64,000 nucleotides of DNA, from contig OZ024753.1 in the NCBI GenBank assembly GCA_964016885.1, forward strand, positions 4,526,001 to 4,590,000, read 5' to 3'. Below, piece by piece: positions 29,001 to 43,214 of this stretch; within the stretch, counting starts at the first letter, position 1, and the number at the start of each line of letters is the position of its first letter. The notes beneath the pieces are model-generated. The model was not told where the DNA came from and made no database searches. It worked only from the letters and a program-made list of their open reading frames with translations. The stretch comes from Eledone cirrhosa (taxonomy: Eukaryota). Made by a program: the position numbers and the translations under genes.

Positions 29001-30639
29001 ATTGTCTTCACTTAGCACCATTTATCTGAACACAAATAGAGGAGATAATTTGGGGAATGCAATTACTGTATTCTAGGAATCTTTGTTTATATATCAATCA
29101 AAATACCTTTCATAGAATCTTCCAGCATCTGATGTGGTATAATAGAATATACGATTTCATAGCTCTTCCTTCGCTAGTATTTTAGCCAATTCGGCTGTGA
29201 CATATACACAAATATGGTTACATATCTGAACATACATTGAATTATAATTTTGTCTAGAATGTTATGGCAATGGAGCAACATGTTTTTCATCATATGAACC
29301 GTTGTACACTACAGTAGTAAACCATGATACTGTCGTCTTGATTCCAATCACATGTCTACGTATTAAAAATTAATAGTTTTATATTTTTTCCACAGTAAAT
29401 AATAAAATCTTTTTGTTTTGTCTCTCCTTTTACTTTGTGTTTGCTGTTGTACTTTATTTCATTTTATAAACCGATGTTTTATGCATCTATTTTAATTAAA
29501 AACTAATCACTTTCTTCTTTGTAATTATGTAATTTTGTAATTTGGAGGAGATAGATTTTAAATCCTGCCAGTTTGACTGTTCAATTGACGTCATGCTTTA
29601 CATTTTGATAATAATCTATTCATTATATCGAATGTTAATTTCTCGCATCTAATATGTTTTGTGTATAGGCAGCAGTTTTATTTTTATTTATCATATTTAT
29701 ATCTCTATTAATAACGACTCCGCTTTTGGCGATGCATCATTTTCAAAAGTAATATTATATTCAGTAATTGGGATTCGCAAGTCATTTACCTACTTCCAAG
29801 CATGTAGTTTTAAGAAAAAAGATTTTCTGATAAGAATCTATCCTAGATTGCTTTGGTTATCTTATATATCTTTACACAAGGATTTTTTAATTAATTTATT
29901 TCAATAGACATAATTATCAGAAATGACGAATGCCGTCTTCTTCACATATTTGTTTGCAAGATGATTTGAAAACATTACATGTTTTAACAATTATTCAGAA
30001 AAGCTTTATGTTATTGATTTAGATTATTTGCTTACTTATATATTTTTCGTTTGATTCTCAATGCTTTTATTTTTTTTGCTTTACCTCTGTGCTTGTTCTC
30101 GATTTTCTCCAGCAGGATATATATATCAAAAGGAATATTTTCAGCCTCATATTTGTTTTTCCGTTTTTACTGTATGGAAGACTCAGAATCCTGAGTATAT
30201 GTACCATTGCCTGTACAAGTGTAGTAACACATCTTAACAGTATATACCTCCTTTTAATGACAAACATACAACTATGTACATATATAATCCAGTCGATGGT
30301 AACTATCCAGAACAAAACACACTTAGTTTATCGATGCCGAGGATTTATACACAAAGTTACTATGTACTGGATATGAACTCAGACTTGAGGGAGTGTGGCC
30401 GTGCGAATACTAATCATGTTTACCCTCAATTCTCTATTATTTTCAGAAATTATATTTCTTAGTAATTATATTTCTTTTTTAATTTCTGAATTTATAAACT
30501 ACAACTTACAACTTTGTCTATTCTAACTTTTGGAGTTTAAATTCATGATTTACATTTAATCATTTCATTATTGAATATGATAAGTCAGCATATATATATA
30601 TATATAAATGTGAGTCATATAATAATTGGAATAAGTAAT

Positions 30640-30753
30640 AATTGTTTCTAGTATTGGAACAAGGCCAGCAATTACCCAGTACATTACTGGTACTTTATTT
30701 TATCGACCCCGTAAGGATGAAAGGCAAAGTTAACCTCGGCGGGATTTGAACTC
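30640..30753 (-). mobile_element. 5'-truncated Meta/MESC-core SINE
   Basis: Matches family core and tail. Confidence 0.9.
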
Positions 30754-31073
30754 ATGCTAGATGAACGTATATAGAAACATACATCCATAGGGTGCGGGAG
30801 GCCTGGAGAACAGTAACCTGGTAGCTTAACCGTCAAAGATTTATGTATTTTGCACTCACTGTCCCTCTCCCGCACTTTTCTCTCTCTCATATTATATATA
30901 AACACACAGATACACACATACATATATATATATATACACACACAGACTCATATATATATATGCATATATAGATATATAGATATACACACGCACTCATAAA
31001 TATATATATATGCATATATATATATGTGTGTGTGTGTGTCTGTGGGTGTGTGTGGTGTTTGTGTGTTTGTGTA

Positions 31074-31213
31074 CAGGGTGGACAAAAATCGCAATACAGA
31101 GGGAAAATAATTACATTTTTTAAGTTTCTACGTAGAGCATGTTATATGAATAAATTGCTTTTTATAAAAACATAATTATGTTTCCTATATATCGCGACCT
31201 TTCGTTCACCCTG
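31074..31213. mobile_element. Tc1/mariner-type MITE
   Basis: Imperfect TIRs cagggtggacaaaaatcgc / gcgacctttcgttcaccctg, flanked by TA on both sides. Confidence 0.7.
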
Positions 31214-31928
31214 TATATATATGTGTGTGTGTGTCTGTGTGTGTGTGTGTGTCTGTGTGTGTGCGCGTGCGTAGGGGTTTGTGTGTGTTAGTTTGCGCAT
31301 GTGTGCAAATATATTTATGTGTATGCGTGTGTACTAAGATTTAGACAAACCACATAACCAATGTGTAAATATTTAGAGAAGAAAAACACATCTGTGGTGT
31401 GTAAATGATGAAACTGTATTGTAAATGCAGCCTTTAATAGGTTAAAATACATTTGAAGTGAAAATTCCTTGCATAGACGATTGATAGTTCCCGAAAAAAA
31501 GTATGTTATGAAAAATATTGTTCTAAACAAGTAATATTCAAAATATTTCAGATGAAATGTTTTATAAAAATTTCTACATCTTACTACGGCATATTATTTT
31601 TAGAAATTAGGTTCGATATATTTGTTATTGTCTTTATAGGAAAGAAAGAAATAATGTGTGGAGATTTTAGTTTTGAAATTATATTTTATGCAATATATTT
31701 TATTTTAAATCTTCTTATAAATATTCCCTTTGGCGCAAACAATGTACTTTGATGAATTGTTTAGAATTGTTTGTATGAATGATTTGCCTACAGACATTTT
31801 AATATAAGTCAAAATAATGCTTAGATGATATAATATAGATAGGTGTATATGTTATTTCAGATACAAACTGATAAACACTCACACCCAGTCGAATATAACC
31901 ATACACACACACATAGCTATATATGCAT

Positions 31929-31962
<34 letters not shown>

Positions 31963-31965
<3 letters not shown>

Positions 31966-32081
31966 AACCAATAAGACGCCGACGGCTGAGCTCAAGCCGT
32001 TTCGACGGCTAATTCTGGACCCTAAGTATTGAGTACTTTGGTGCGTTATGGTCCACCTGGTTCCTTACCACATTTCCTTCG

Positions 32082-32083
<2 letters not shown>
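31963..32083. mobile_element. Family C minimal inverted PLE-like insert
   Basis: 31963-32019 is the reverse-strand HHR 3' half; 32019-32083 is the family tail in the opposite orientation; TA on both sides. Confidence 0.8.
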
Positions 32084-32129
<46 letters not shown>

Positions 32130-33348
32130 GATGATGTATTAAAGATATCTACAAATTTGCTGGACAACCCAATAAATGAAAATTTTGTGTAAGATAATGA
32201 CATACAAATTTCCGCAATTTACGTCAACAATTCAATTACATTCCTTGAATAAGTCCCAGTTGAGTTTACAAAAATAGCATTGCTTGGAACGAATTAATTG
32301 TCTTCAATGATGGAGATGAGTAAAATATTGAATAAATACACAAACTACTGACAGGAAAATACCTATTATTTCTTTCGCAAGATTTCAAAACAAAGTGCTA
32401 AAAAAAGGTAAAGGAAATTGATCACGAAACGAAGTTAGAACACCAAGCCGTGTTTTACTTTTACAGATTTCCAATGCAATCAGATTACGTGCTGTAGGTT
32501 TTTGTTCTAAAATGAAATGAGAATATTCAACACTATTATTCTTACGGTTTGTTGAATACCTCATACGTATCACTTATCTAGATTAAATAATGAAAAATGT
32601 TAATATTCAGAGGTCATTCATCTTCCTTCCTATGACGTTATGGCTCATGATGTTAAAACAGCATATTTTAATTGTAACGTCTGTCAAGAAAGAAGTTGAC
32701 ATACACATTTGATTCTATTCATGTGCATTTTGTATTACAATTGTGTTATAGTGTAAGGGTTAAACGAGTGATTTCATAATATTCAAAGGGAAAGCACTTC
32801 GTGTTTTCACAGCCGATGAGACGGATATGTGTAGATATGTTTTAACTAACCTTTTACTAAGTTTCTAGAGAATTATGTAAATCTGACTGAGCCCCTCCCT
32901 TCATCAGGATATTCACTGTGATATTTGCTTCACATTAATCATTGAGTTGATAGAATCATTACGAACCTGTCATTTTGCCTTTGCTATACGATTATTTTCT
33001 ATCTACGCATATGTATAATTTATTCACCATGTAGGATTTATAAACTACGTTTACTAGGTGAATATTATTTATTTTTTATACTTTGTTGAAAGAATCTTCT
33101 TCCAATATTGCTTGTTTTAATCTATTACGATGGTCAACATTATTTCTAGATTCCAGAAACTGCCGTCAGTGAAAAGATGGTTTATTGTATTAATTGGTTT
33201 TACTAGTATTCTACCCGTCGCTAACTTTGCATAGGTTATTCTTTATTTATATGTCTCTTTTATTGAGTTATATCTTAGTTATATTTTCCTTTTGATGTTC
33301 AGTATATTAGTGACAAATAACCTTCTGTGTGATAAATATATATATATA

Positions 33349-34087
33349 CTAGCAGAATGGCCCGGCGTTGCTCGGGATTTGCTATAGGGTTCTTATATAT
33401 TTGATATATATTTATCCTTATCGAACCTCGTGAAATAAATACGTTTGTTTATATTTTGTTATTGTGTATGCAAAGATATCTGATTTGTTTATATTACTTT
33501 AATAAGTCATAGTGTTAAGGACAATTATATATATACACGTGTATACAGATACAGACACATGGCAAACTCACACGCGCATATGTGCACATACACACACTCA
33601 CATGTTAATAGATTTTACTCTTATTGAAACGCTCACACACGCACGCACAAATGTTAATAGTTATACGTCATGTGTCTTTGAAAGTATCAAAAGACAGCGT
33701 CTTTCACTCTCTCTCTGCCTCCCGCTATCCCCCTCTTGTAGTCTGTCTCTTTCTTTCACTCTCACTCTCTCTCTCTCTCTTTGTAACTGACATTCTATCG
33801 AAAAACGCTGTGGCGAATGGGAGAAGGAGGAAGAGGAGAAAAAAGCCACTTCGTCACTTCGCCTCACCGTTTCTTTCTCTCCCCTCTCACTCCCTCATTA
33901 TGTAGAGACATTGGTCACTTCACTAATTCGATCCCTAGGACAGAATAATTTGAAATTTATTTTTGCTCAAAACACTTCTGGGGTCATATTTATTACACGT
34001 GGTAAAGTTTGAAAAACAACCGTTGGGTACTTTTCGAGTTTTAGGGAAACAGACACACAGACATCCTCTGTTTTATATATATATAGA
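33349..34087 (-). mobile_element. Non-autonomous Helitron
   Basis: Minus strand starts TCtatatatatataaaa and ends with hairpin cccgagcaacgccggg then CTAG; inserted between A and T. Confidence 0.8.
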
Positions 34088-34291
34088 TAATATTAAGGAT
34101 ACTATTTATAGTTATGTATATTTTAAACTTGTTATAGTTATGTATATTTTAAACCATAAACAGGGAAGGTCAGTAATTTATTACTACCTTATTACCAGTA
34201 AGATAAATAGCTCAATGTAATAACATCAGTTGTTCTACAGAGTAGTTATATAGAGTTCACAAGAATCAAAGCTATGTTCAAAGCATTTATT

Positions 34292-34338
34292 CACTTACAA
34301 TTGTTTCATCCAAACCTAGGCTTGGAGTCTTCGGAGCA
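34292..34338 (-). ncRNA. Type I HHR motif, family A
   Basis: tgct-CCGAAGA-c-tccaagcc/ta/ggtttgga-t-GAAA-caattg-TA-agtg. Confidence 0.72.
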
Positions 34339-34720
34339 TTTTTCAATGTTTGTACATATATTATACAAGAGGATAGTTTGATAGTCAGATCTAGTAGGTA
34401 GTGTATGCGTTAGTTACACATGGAGCATGCAAGTGTGTCTCTTGCATGCTCCATGTGTAACTAACGCATACACTACCTACTAGATCTGGCTATCAAACTA
34501 TCCTCTTGCATTATCTGTGTTATCTGCCGAATATATTTTAATTTTAATTTTAATTTTAATTTTAATTTTGATTTTGATTTTGATTTTGAATTTGAATTGC
34601 TGTACAAATATAGTATAGTATAATATATGTCACTCCACTGTACATCAATATATATATATATGTATCTGTATGTCTTTTGCGTTGGATAGGAGGTCAATGA
34701 TATGTACAAACATTGAAAAA

Positions 34721-34767
34721 TGCTCCGAAGACCCCAAGCCTAGGTTTGGATGAAACAATTGTAAGTG
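34721..34767 (+). ncRNA. Type I HHR motif, family A
   Basis: tgct-CCGAAGA-cc-ccaagcc/ta/ggtttgg-at-GAAA-caattg-TA-agtg. Confidence 0.7.
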
Positions 34768-35463
34768 AATAAATGCTTTGAACATAGCTTTGATTCTTGT
34801 GAACTCTCTCTCTCTATATATATATATGCGCGCGTGTGTGTGTGTGTATAGATATAACTAACAAGGTTGATTTATTGACCTAACACACCACTACTAGACA
34901 AAAACGAAGCCAGATCATCAGGTGCAATTCTGATATGCACTTTAGTTACTTATTTTTGCATTGAAACATTTTGTACTGCGGAGATAGATCAACATGAAAT
35001 CTAGAATGGTACGTGGAGAGAGGGAGGTGAAGTTTAGAATGTAGTAGATTGAAAAGAAAAGACAGCAATGAATTGAAAGTAATCTGGTTGTGGATAGTAA
35101 AAGAGATAGAGAATGTGATGTCGTGAGAAATAACATTTGATAGGAATAAATAATTAATTAGTTAGATTTAGAATTTGAAAGGAATATGTCCAGTGCAGAA
35201 ACAAATGTCACGTTAATACTCAAATGTAATAGAATGGAATTATAGAGGGAAAATGTTCACATAATGCTGAAATAAGATGTATTAAAAGAAAACAAAGAGA
35301 AAACATTTGAAAAATACAAAAATATCGTTGATTAGCGAATATTTGAAACAAATCATAAGATTGGGTAGCGAGAAATATATATTTTTATCAGAACAATTCG
35401 TTATCTGTAATCTTGCTTCAACTGAAACACTTCTTCCAAATACCTGCAAACACCTGGGTCCTC

Positions 35464-35518
<55 letters not shown>

Positions 35519-35602
35519 GTGAGAGAGAGGAAGAGTGAAAGATATTTAGATAATCGCTAGTGACCTGAGCAAATCTTCATAATTTTGTACGTATATATAT
35601 AC

Positions 35603-35645
<43 letters not shown>

Positions 35646-38615
35646 TTATTTTAATTATTCGAATTCTAGCAATAAAGCTGCGGCCAAAATGTAGCTGAGG
35701 GAGACAGCTCCAACGGTGAAAATTAAATAGCAACAGACGTATAGATTTGCATCTTTATTTTAAAATAATTATGGCATAATTTTCCAATTCTACCAACTGA
35801 TTAAATCAGTAGAATATAAGATTGATTATGCCTATCGTTAGTTGAACATTACAGCGTCTCTAGACTGTTACTTAAATATAAACAAATACGTCAATGATTA
35901 TATATATACAAATCTAAATGCAGAAGTTTGGTAGAGATATAGGCAAATGCATTTAAAGATAAATCTATCTTCTCATAAATGTTGTATTTGTAGCGTTCTT
36001 TCTGTGAAATATGTGAGTGAGAAATAATATTTTACTTTGTAAAATATTTTTCGAACTCTCATGTATAAGGAAACATATTTCCGCAGGCCATATTAAAAAC
36101 CAACATTATTTTGAAATAATGTTATATAATCCAGATGTTCCATGGCATTCTATTTATTTCTGGTGCATTTCGTAAGGATTTCATCTGATGAATCATAGAT
36201 AAAGTCGTGATTGTTGCATACCTGGCATATAATCAGTGGAATATGTTCAATATAGAGAATACATTTACTGTTAAATGTATAATAACGTCACAAATAATAT
36301 TCTTTTTAAATGACCTTACTATCGGTAACTATTATTATGTAATAATGTTCGACCAGCGATGGTTAGGTCATTTGTTGTCTTTCAGTGGCGTCATATATAT
36401 TAAGTGATTTTACAAAATGGAGGGATTTCCCTTAATTCTTTGTTAAAAACGTTCGACACAAACATAGCCAATATGGCTTCTAATGTGTATGTAATAGTCT
36501 AATACATATGAATGTATGCATATATGAAACATCTCTATACCGGACCGAATGTTCTCCAGGTTACCATTGCCATGATATCCAGCAGTCTTCCACCCTCATG
36601 GATATTAAAAGTATTGCACTAGATTACGAACCTAAGGGTTCAGCCTACACTTTTGAGGATATAAAAATACATATTTTATCATTTCATCAATATTCTAATA
36701 TCAGTCACTCATTCCTTGTTAATGCAGTGTATAGAGCATTAATTGTATCATAGATAAATCTGTCGTGTATCAAACCTCTCTCTGTGGTATGTTTAGTTAA
36801 CATTGTCATTCGCGAGTTGATTTAAAGTTAACACGAAAGTTGATCTAAGATTCAATAATAAATTATTTTCGTTGTTACAAAGATTTGTTTTCATAATTTC
36901 GTAAAAAGGCACAAATTATTGGCTTGGAAATCGTTGTTTAAATTTTCTCGATACAGTTGAACATATTTCAAGGAAACGAACATATACCATTCAGATAGCA
37001 GGTAGGCTGAAATATTTACAAGCTGCAGCTATCAATTTAACAAACAAATATAAATAATTGAATATATAGACGATTATTAAATAACCATTGCAGTTTTAAA
37101 TGCGTTTAGATGACTTTAAATATTTTTTCTTTAAATTATATCCCATTTCACCGAGTTTCTAAACTTTGTTCAATATGCGTTTTAACTTATGTTTATAAAT
37201 TCAGTTCAATATATTTTTTTCACTTCTAGTGTTGACTGTTTACACTTGTCTGATGATTCCTAAGTGGCAATTGCAATTACCTTCAATATATATATTCAAC
37301 TACATTTGATTCTGTTTATATATTTTATTTTCATTTACATTGAGGCCATTAAATTCAAATGGTTTTCTGCTCAAAAGCACACATTTAACTCTCATCATTA
37401 AGCACAATAAGGTAATTATGAACGCAATTTACACATGTATCTAAATTGTATTGTTACTTTTATTTCTTTCAACGAACCGTTGTCCTTTATTAGAAGGAAC
37501 TAAAATAAAATATAGCATCGTCGTTTCTACAATACTATTGTATTATTTTATATTGCTGCTGTTTATTGTTTGTTTTATTTTTATAAGGAGACTCTTTACA
37601 TATAGGTCGTAATTACATAGAGATTGTACATTAATTAAATTTTCAATAATACATTTAAATGCTTCACATCGAAGGCCTCGTGAGTAACGATATAGTTGTT
37701 TATCAAGTGTTGGTGGAGGAGAAGAATACTATTTAAATTATTTGAATTATCATATGCAATTTAAGAATATCTATTATGGAAAATATATATTTGAACAGAA
37801 AAAAATATTTTATGTGAATCTTCTTTCGGGAAATACCAATATCTGTCACAATATAATGGCCCATATAATTTATTTCATCACAAAAACATCTGTTGTTCTT
37901 GGTATATACGTATCATTACAACCACCGAAGGTAAAGAAAAGAATTTGAAGTATAGTCAGTTAGTTAATACTTAACAATGATGAACAAAACAATTCGCGTT
38001 CAAATTTCAATATGCATGTTTTGAAGAATATATGCCATTAACACATTTAGGATATCTAGCTATTGTAGTTGATAGAATGTATTTGAGCTAAAGAAAATGA
38101 TCGTATGTGAATTTAATTGTATCGAATATGCTAAGAATATTAATTATCTACTACCAGCTATGAGGTCTAGAATAAAAATGTATCTAAAACCACAATTCGG
38201 TAGAATAGCAATTGAAATGCATTTTCTAGAAACATATTACAATCAATCGATCACAAATTCTAAATATTCAAGCAAAACACATAACTCTTACGTACGTATA
38301 GAATCTCTTCTCTAATCAAGTATTGTCTAAAAAATATATTATAAGAGCAATCAAACAAACAGATAAATTACCATAGAGTTTATCATTTTTCTTTCTTTAT
38401 AATACATATTGTTATTTAGTATTATTTCTATTTCTTTTCTCTTAGATGTTTTTCTTTTCATAAGTTGAATCTGTATCTCACAAAAGACAAGCTTATAATG
38501 TTGCTAGAAATAGCAGCTTAACGACCATTTGGAACAGCTCAACAAATTTCGAAACAGTTTAATATTTATTAAAGGTCACAGAAACATCTCAATGAAAGAA
38601 ATCTCCGAGAAGCAA

Positions 38616-39603
38616 TCTATATATATAAAACTGTGGTTGTCTGTCTGTCTATCGATTTTTGGCACACATCTCCTCTTAGAATCTCTCACGGAATTGCACC
38701 GAAATTGCTATACTTGTACGTTGAGCCCTAGCGAAGACATCGGAAAAAGAAAATTTCAAATTGACCCACCCTATGTGACGAAATCGAATATAATGTATCG
38801 ATTTTTGAGCGTAAGTTATCAGTTATTTCCCTTTGTTCTGTTTACATTGAGCGTCTTACGTAAAAAATTACGCTGGCTTTAACAGTTGTCGAGCCAGCAA
38901 AATATTGACCTGCAAAATTCATCAGTTCGAACACTAAGCTTCCGTTTTGCTTCATTTCCATTTAAAAGCATTTTAAAACAATATTTTTACTTGAAAACAA
39001 GTCTATTTAAAGACTACGTAAAACAAGCAAATATTTCGTCGTTAGGCGTGCAGACAGACAGTCGTGCAGACAGACAGTCGTGCAGAGAGGTGATATAGGC
39101 GTGCAGACAGACAGTCGTGCAGAGAGGTGATATAGGCGTGCAGACAGACAGTCGTGCAGAGAGGTGATATAGGCGTGCAGACAGACAGTCGTGCAGAGAG
39201 GTGATATAGGCGTGCAGACAGACAGTCGTGCAGAGAGGTGATATAGGCGTGCAGACAGACAGTCGAGCAGAGAGGTGATATAGGCGTGCAGACAGACATA
39301 ACTGATAATTTGGTTACGCTAATGTTTTTCTCTGCGTTGCAGTGTTTACATTTTCGATCTTTGTTAATAAATAACCAGTGCAGTTTCTATCCCCAGCATC
39401 CTCTTTTGTTATAACATTCGGGTTATCGTTATGTTTTCTTAACTTCATAAGGCATATTGTTGATTGAGGGAATATTAATCAAAAACACCACATGCAAGTC
39501 TGCACAGTAGACACTACAGTTTTTAAGCCAAGAAAGAAACTTAACATTGTAACTTTAACACAGCTACTGAGCGACCCCGAGCAACGCCGGGCTTTACTGC
39601 TAG
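38616..39603 (+). mobile_element. Non-autonomous Helitron
   Basis: A^TCtatatatataaaa start; cccgagcaacgccggg hairpin then CTAG^T end; same termini as 33349-34087 with a different interior. Confidence 0.82.
39043..39298. repeat. 37-bp minisatellite inside Helitron, about 7 units
   Basis: taggcgtgcagacagacagtcgtgcagagaggtgata starts at 39096, 39133, 39170, 39207, 39244 and 39281. Confidence 0.95.
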
Positions 39604-40724
39604 TATTATATATTAAAACTAAATGAGAAATAAACTCTAATTACGGAAGTATAAACAATATAGACGGCAAATGGTTATCCTCTAACTTCGCTTATATATA
39701 GATCTCCCTACTATGGTTTCGTATGGGGATGAAGCATTATATGAATAGAATTCCCAATAATTCAAGCAACGCCATATGCTTCAGAGGAGTTACATTCTTC
39801 AATTTGTGTGTGTGTATGTATATGTGTATGGGGGGGTGCGTGTGTGTATGTGTGCGCGTGTATGTTTGCGTGTGTGAGTGTGTGTGTGTACAGGAATCGA
39901 TACAGTCCTGAAGGTTTACTAAAGAAACATTTTATACTTGTTAGATTAATCATTTAAATTTCCCACAAAATGATAACGATTGCTTGTTTCGTAGAATGGG
40001 ACATTTGCATAGTATTCCATTCGTTTCACACAACCTTTCAATAGTGACATGATTTGATCTCTTTAACCTTCAAATATTTATCGAACATCTTCTCAACTCT
40101 TTATTATACGACTCTGTTATTAGATCTATAGTTCTATAATTAATTTCTTAACTTTTACCAACAATTATACATTAGGTGATGTTTTGTTTACATAAAGTGA
40201 ACTTTAGTAGAGATAGATGCATAAATGCATAGAATATTAAATGTATAAGAGAATAAATAAATAAATAATTCATTTAGATGAGCATTTTAATTCCGGCTGT
40301 AATCAAGTTTAAATAGATTAGTCATGCCAGTGATATCTTTCTTCATATTGAGAAGAGGATTTACTGAAGCCCAGATACCTAATTAATAATTGATCTGAAA
40401 TATTCGATAGACAGTTCTTAATTGTTTGCAATTTACAGACTGGAGTACAAACTTAATTAAAGTGTATTTATGTACCAATGTTAATCTAAGAACAGCTATA
40501 TCAAACGTCGTTAATTAACGTTCATTGAAATGACTCTTAAATGTTGGGAACAACTCACTCATTTATTCATGCAGTCATGCTACAAACTTTTGTAGTAGCA
40601 AATACTTTTTCTACTTCGATTGATAATAATTTCCTTGAATCTAGATCGGAAAATAGTTATAGTGTGTAAGTATTTTACAAGGCTATATTGATTTCAGAAA
40701 GATAATAATTATGATGATGTTGAC

Positions 40725-40755
<31 letters not shown>

Positions 40756-40764
40756 TTAATAAAG

Positions 40765-41193
40765 ATTTCTTTATTGGCCACAAGGCTGACATCAAGAAAA
40801 ACATTACAGACGGCACAGGACGGTACGATGTGGGTTTTGTGCGTGTAAATATTTTTATTATTTATATAAGAAAATAAAAAAAGGACAGAAACATATATAT
40901 ATATAAACAATAAAAATGAAAATTGAAACAATGTAAGATTCCCCAATAGGGGGGAAACCTCCGAGGGTTACTCGTTGCGAAAACCACACAAAAGACCACG
41001 GCCACCCTGACCACCAGGGCAAGCGCCCTCTCTCAATTTTTCCATTTCTCAAACTACAGACGTATATTCAGAGCGGTCCCGTTCACTCGGACCATTCTCG
41101 CTACATTCACCCACCTTTCAACAAACTTGCTAGAAGGCAGAACTTGCCTCTCCACCCTGATTTTTCTATTCAAGTGAAACTTGAAAAAGTTAA
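40765..41193 (-). mobile_element. Tx1/L1-like LINE 3' end (ORF2 C-terminus plus 3'UTR)
   Basis: Minus-strand INFFKFHLNRKIRVERQVLPSSKFVERWVNVARMVRVNGTALNIRL*; homologous to 43215-43553. Confidence 0.72.
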
Positions 41194-41208
41194 TAATAAT
41201 GCTTTCCT

Positions 41209-41842
41209 CTATGCAGAATATGCTACAAACATGAAGAAACAGTAGATCAACTTATCAATGGGTGTCCAGAGCTGGCAAAAACTGACTATATAGAAAGACA
41301 CGACAGCATTGCCAAATGTGTGCACTACCGCTCTCGTGACATCCAAATTTCTGGCAGATGGTATGAACATCAACCAAACACAGCCATGGAAAACAGCAAC
41401 ATATCCATCTTATGGGATATACCTGTGATAACTGACCGAGAAATCGCTGCCAACAGACCAGATTTTATCATAAAACAACAAAACAGTTCGGACATGTAGC
41501 CTTATAAATATTTCCGTACCAGCTGACAAGAATACATCTATAAAACCTATGGAAAAAACTGTCAAAATACAAAGACCTGGAAATAGAGATCAGTCGCATT
41601 TGGAGGATGACCACAAACTACCCCTCTGGTAATAAGAGCATTAGGATTAGTAGCCAAATTATCAGACCTGCACCTTAGTGTCCTTCCCTGCAAGTTTAGC
41701 AAATATGAGCTGCCGAAGATCTGGCTACTAGGAACAGCAAACATTCTCAGACGGGTTCTCTCTCTACAATGAGAGCCTCTATTGCCCTGAACCCGGCAAT
41801 AGAGAAACAGAACTAAGCTAAACGAAATAACACGACAATAAT
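41209..41842 (+). pseudogene. R4/Dong-like non-LTR retrotransposon C-terminus (zinc knuckle plus restriction-like endonuclease)
   Basis: CRICYKHEETVDQLINGCPELAKTDYIERHD..WYEHQP..ILWD..NRPDFII..KYKDLEIEISRIW..LLGTANILRRVL*, frameshifted; TAA repeats at the flanks. Confidence 0.88.
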
Positions 41843-42035
41843 AATTGTTTCTACAATAAGCACAAGGCCAGCAATTATCCCAGTGTATTACTGGTACTTT
41901 ATTTTATCGACCCCCATTCGGATGAAAGGCAAAGTTAACCTCGACGGGATTTGAACTCAGAATGGCAAGGGCCGTAACTCTATGTGTCAAAGCATGGCGT
42001 CCGACCCTCTACCGATACTGCCAATTCACCGCCCT
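41843..42035 (-). mobile_element. Full-length Meta/MESC-core tRNA SINE
   Basis: Matches family from head to tail. Confidence 0.93.
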
Positions 42036-42561
42036 CACAAAAATAATAATAATAATAATAAAAGTGAATTAGTTAAGCATGCCCTGACGGGGGCAATCTT
42101 TTCAAAGATGTCGCAATACATGAGTTATAACATCTGAGAAAATTAGAAAAGATGGCTGGTTGTGTAAATAGGGGAATATGAATTGATCATCCATTTAACG
42201 AAATCAAACAAAAGAGAAATACTCTAAAAACAGATACAGGCTTGGAAATATTTACTTTGACATAGAGATTAGCTTAAATTCTGAACAAACACATTCTTTC
42301 AGATGGAAAAAATAATTATGAATATAATTCTTATCGAAGTCTGCAGCAAATGCATTTCAATGATTCTACGACATATATCAGTATTTCGTTTTATTCTTTT
42401 GATTAGGCATCAACTTCTGTAAGAAAATATTCAGTCTTAATATTTGAAAGTAATATCCTTTATTAAATCATCAAAGTTCTATCGTCTCAATGAACTTTGA
42501 AATGGATCTTTCATTTTCTATAGTCATATCTCATAATAGAAATGACGTCTTGAGAAGATAA

Positions 42562-42647
<86 letters not shown>

Positions 42648-43214
42648 ATATATACTAGCATAGTACTGATCAAGAATGACGTGGCTGATAACAAGTGTTT
42701 TGTTAAAAACATTTTGCGTAAAGATGCTTGAATTCTCGATTTTACGTGACCTCCTGCATCTGGCCAATAAAGCTGTCAACGTATTTAACTTTAAATTCAT
42801 TTACATATTTTACACCCCTTTATTTTTCCATATTCTCCTTAATCATTATCAAAAATATATTTATTAAATTTCTATGACTATTTCCTGTCTATTTGATTTT
42901 TTAATGGTATTAGGTTTCGTACTATTTTGTTATTGTTGTTCTTGTCTGGGGATTGATACATATACATGAATATATATAGCTATAAAGAAGTAGATAACCA
43001 CATACATATAGAGAGATGAACATACAGACAAGCAACAAGCTAGTCATATATACAGATATGCTAACATATTTATATGTAGATAGATACACTGTTATTAATG
43101 CAGAGCTATGGGAATATAGATTACGAGAGAAAGAGATGCTGGAAGGAAGCTATCGAAGCAGATTTACGATCAAATTACTACTTCCCAGAAAACAAGTTCG
43201 GTACACACCATATA

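Larger units (their letters stand above)
34088..34806 (-). mobile_element. Family A fold-back PLE-like insert, second copy, opposite orientation
   Basis: Tail 34088-34251 homologous to 12898-13071; outer arms 34252-34358/34701-34806; inner arms 34366-34433/34441-34508. Confidence 0.85.

Noticed and set aside
39043-39298. 37-bp repeats as a CRISPR array
   Set aside because: Head-to-tail units without unique spacers, in eukaryotic DNA inside a Helitron
42656-42850. Possible third Helitron 3' end (a-ctag start after TA)
   Set aside because: Subterminal hairpin is degraded and no 5' end was found
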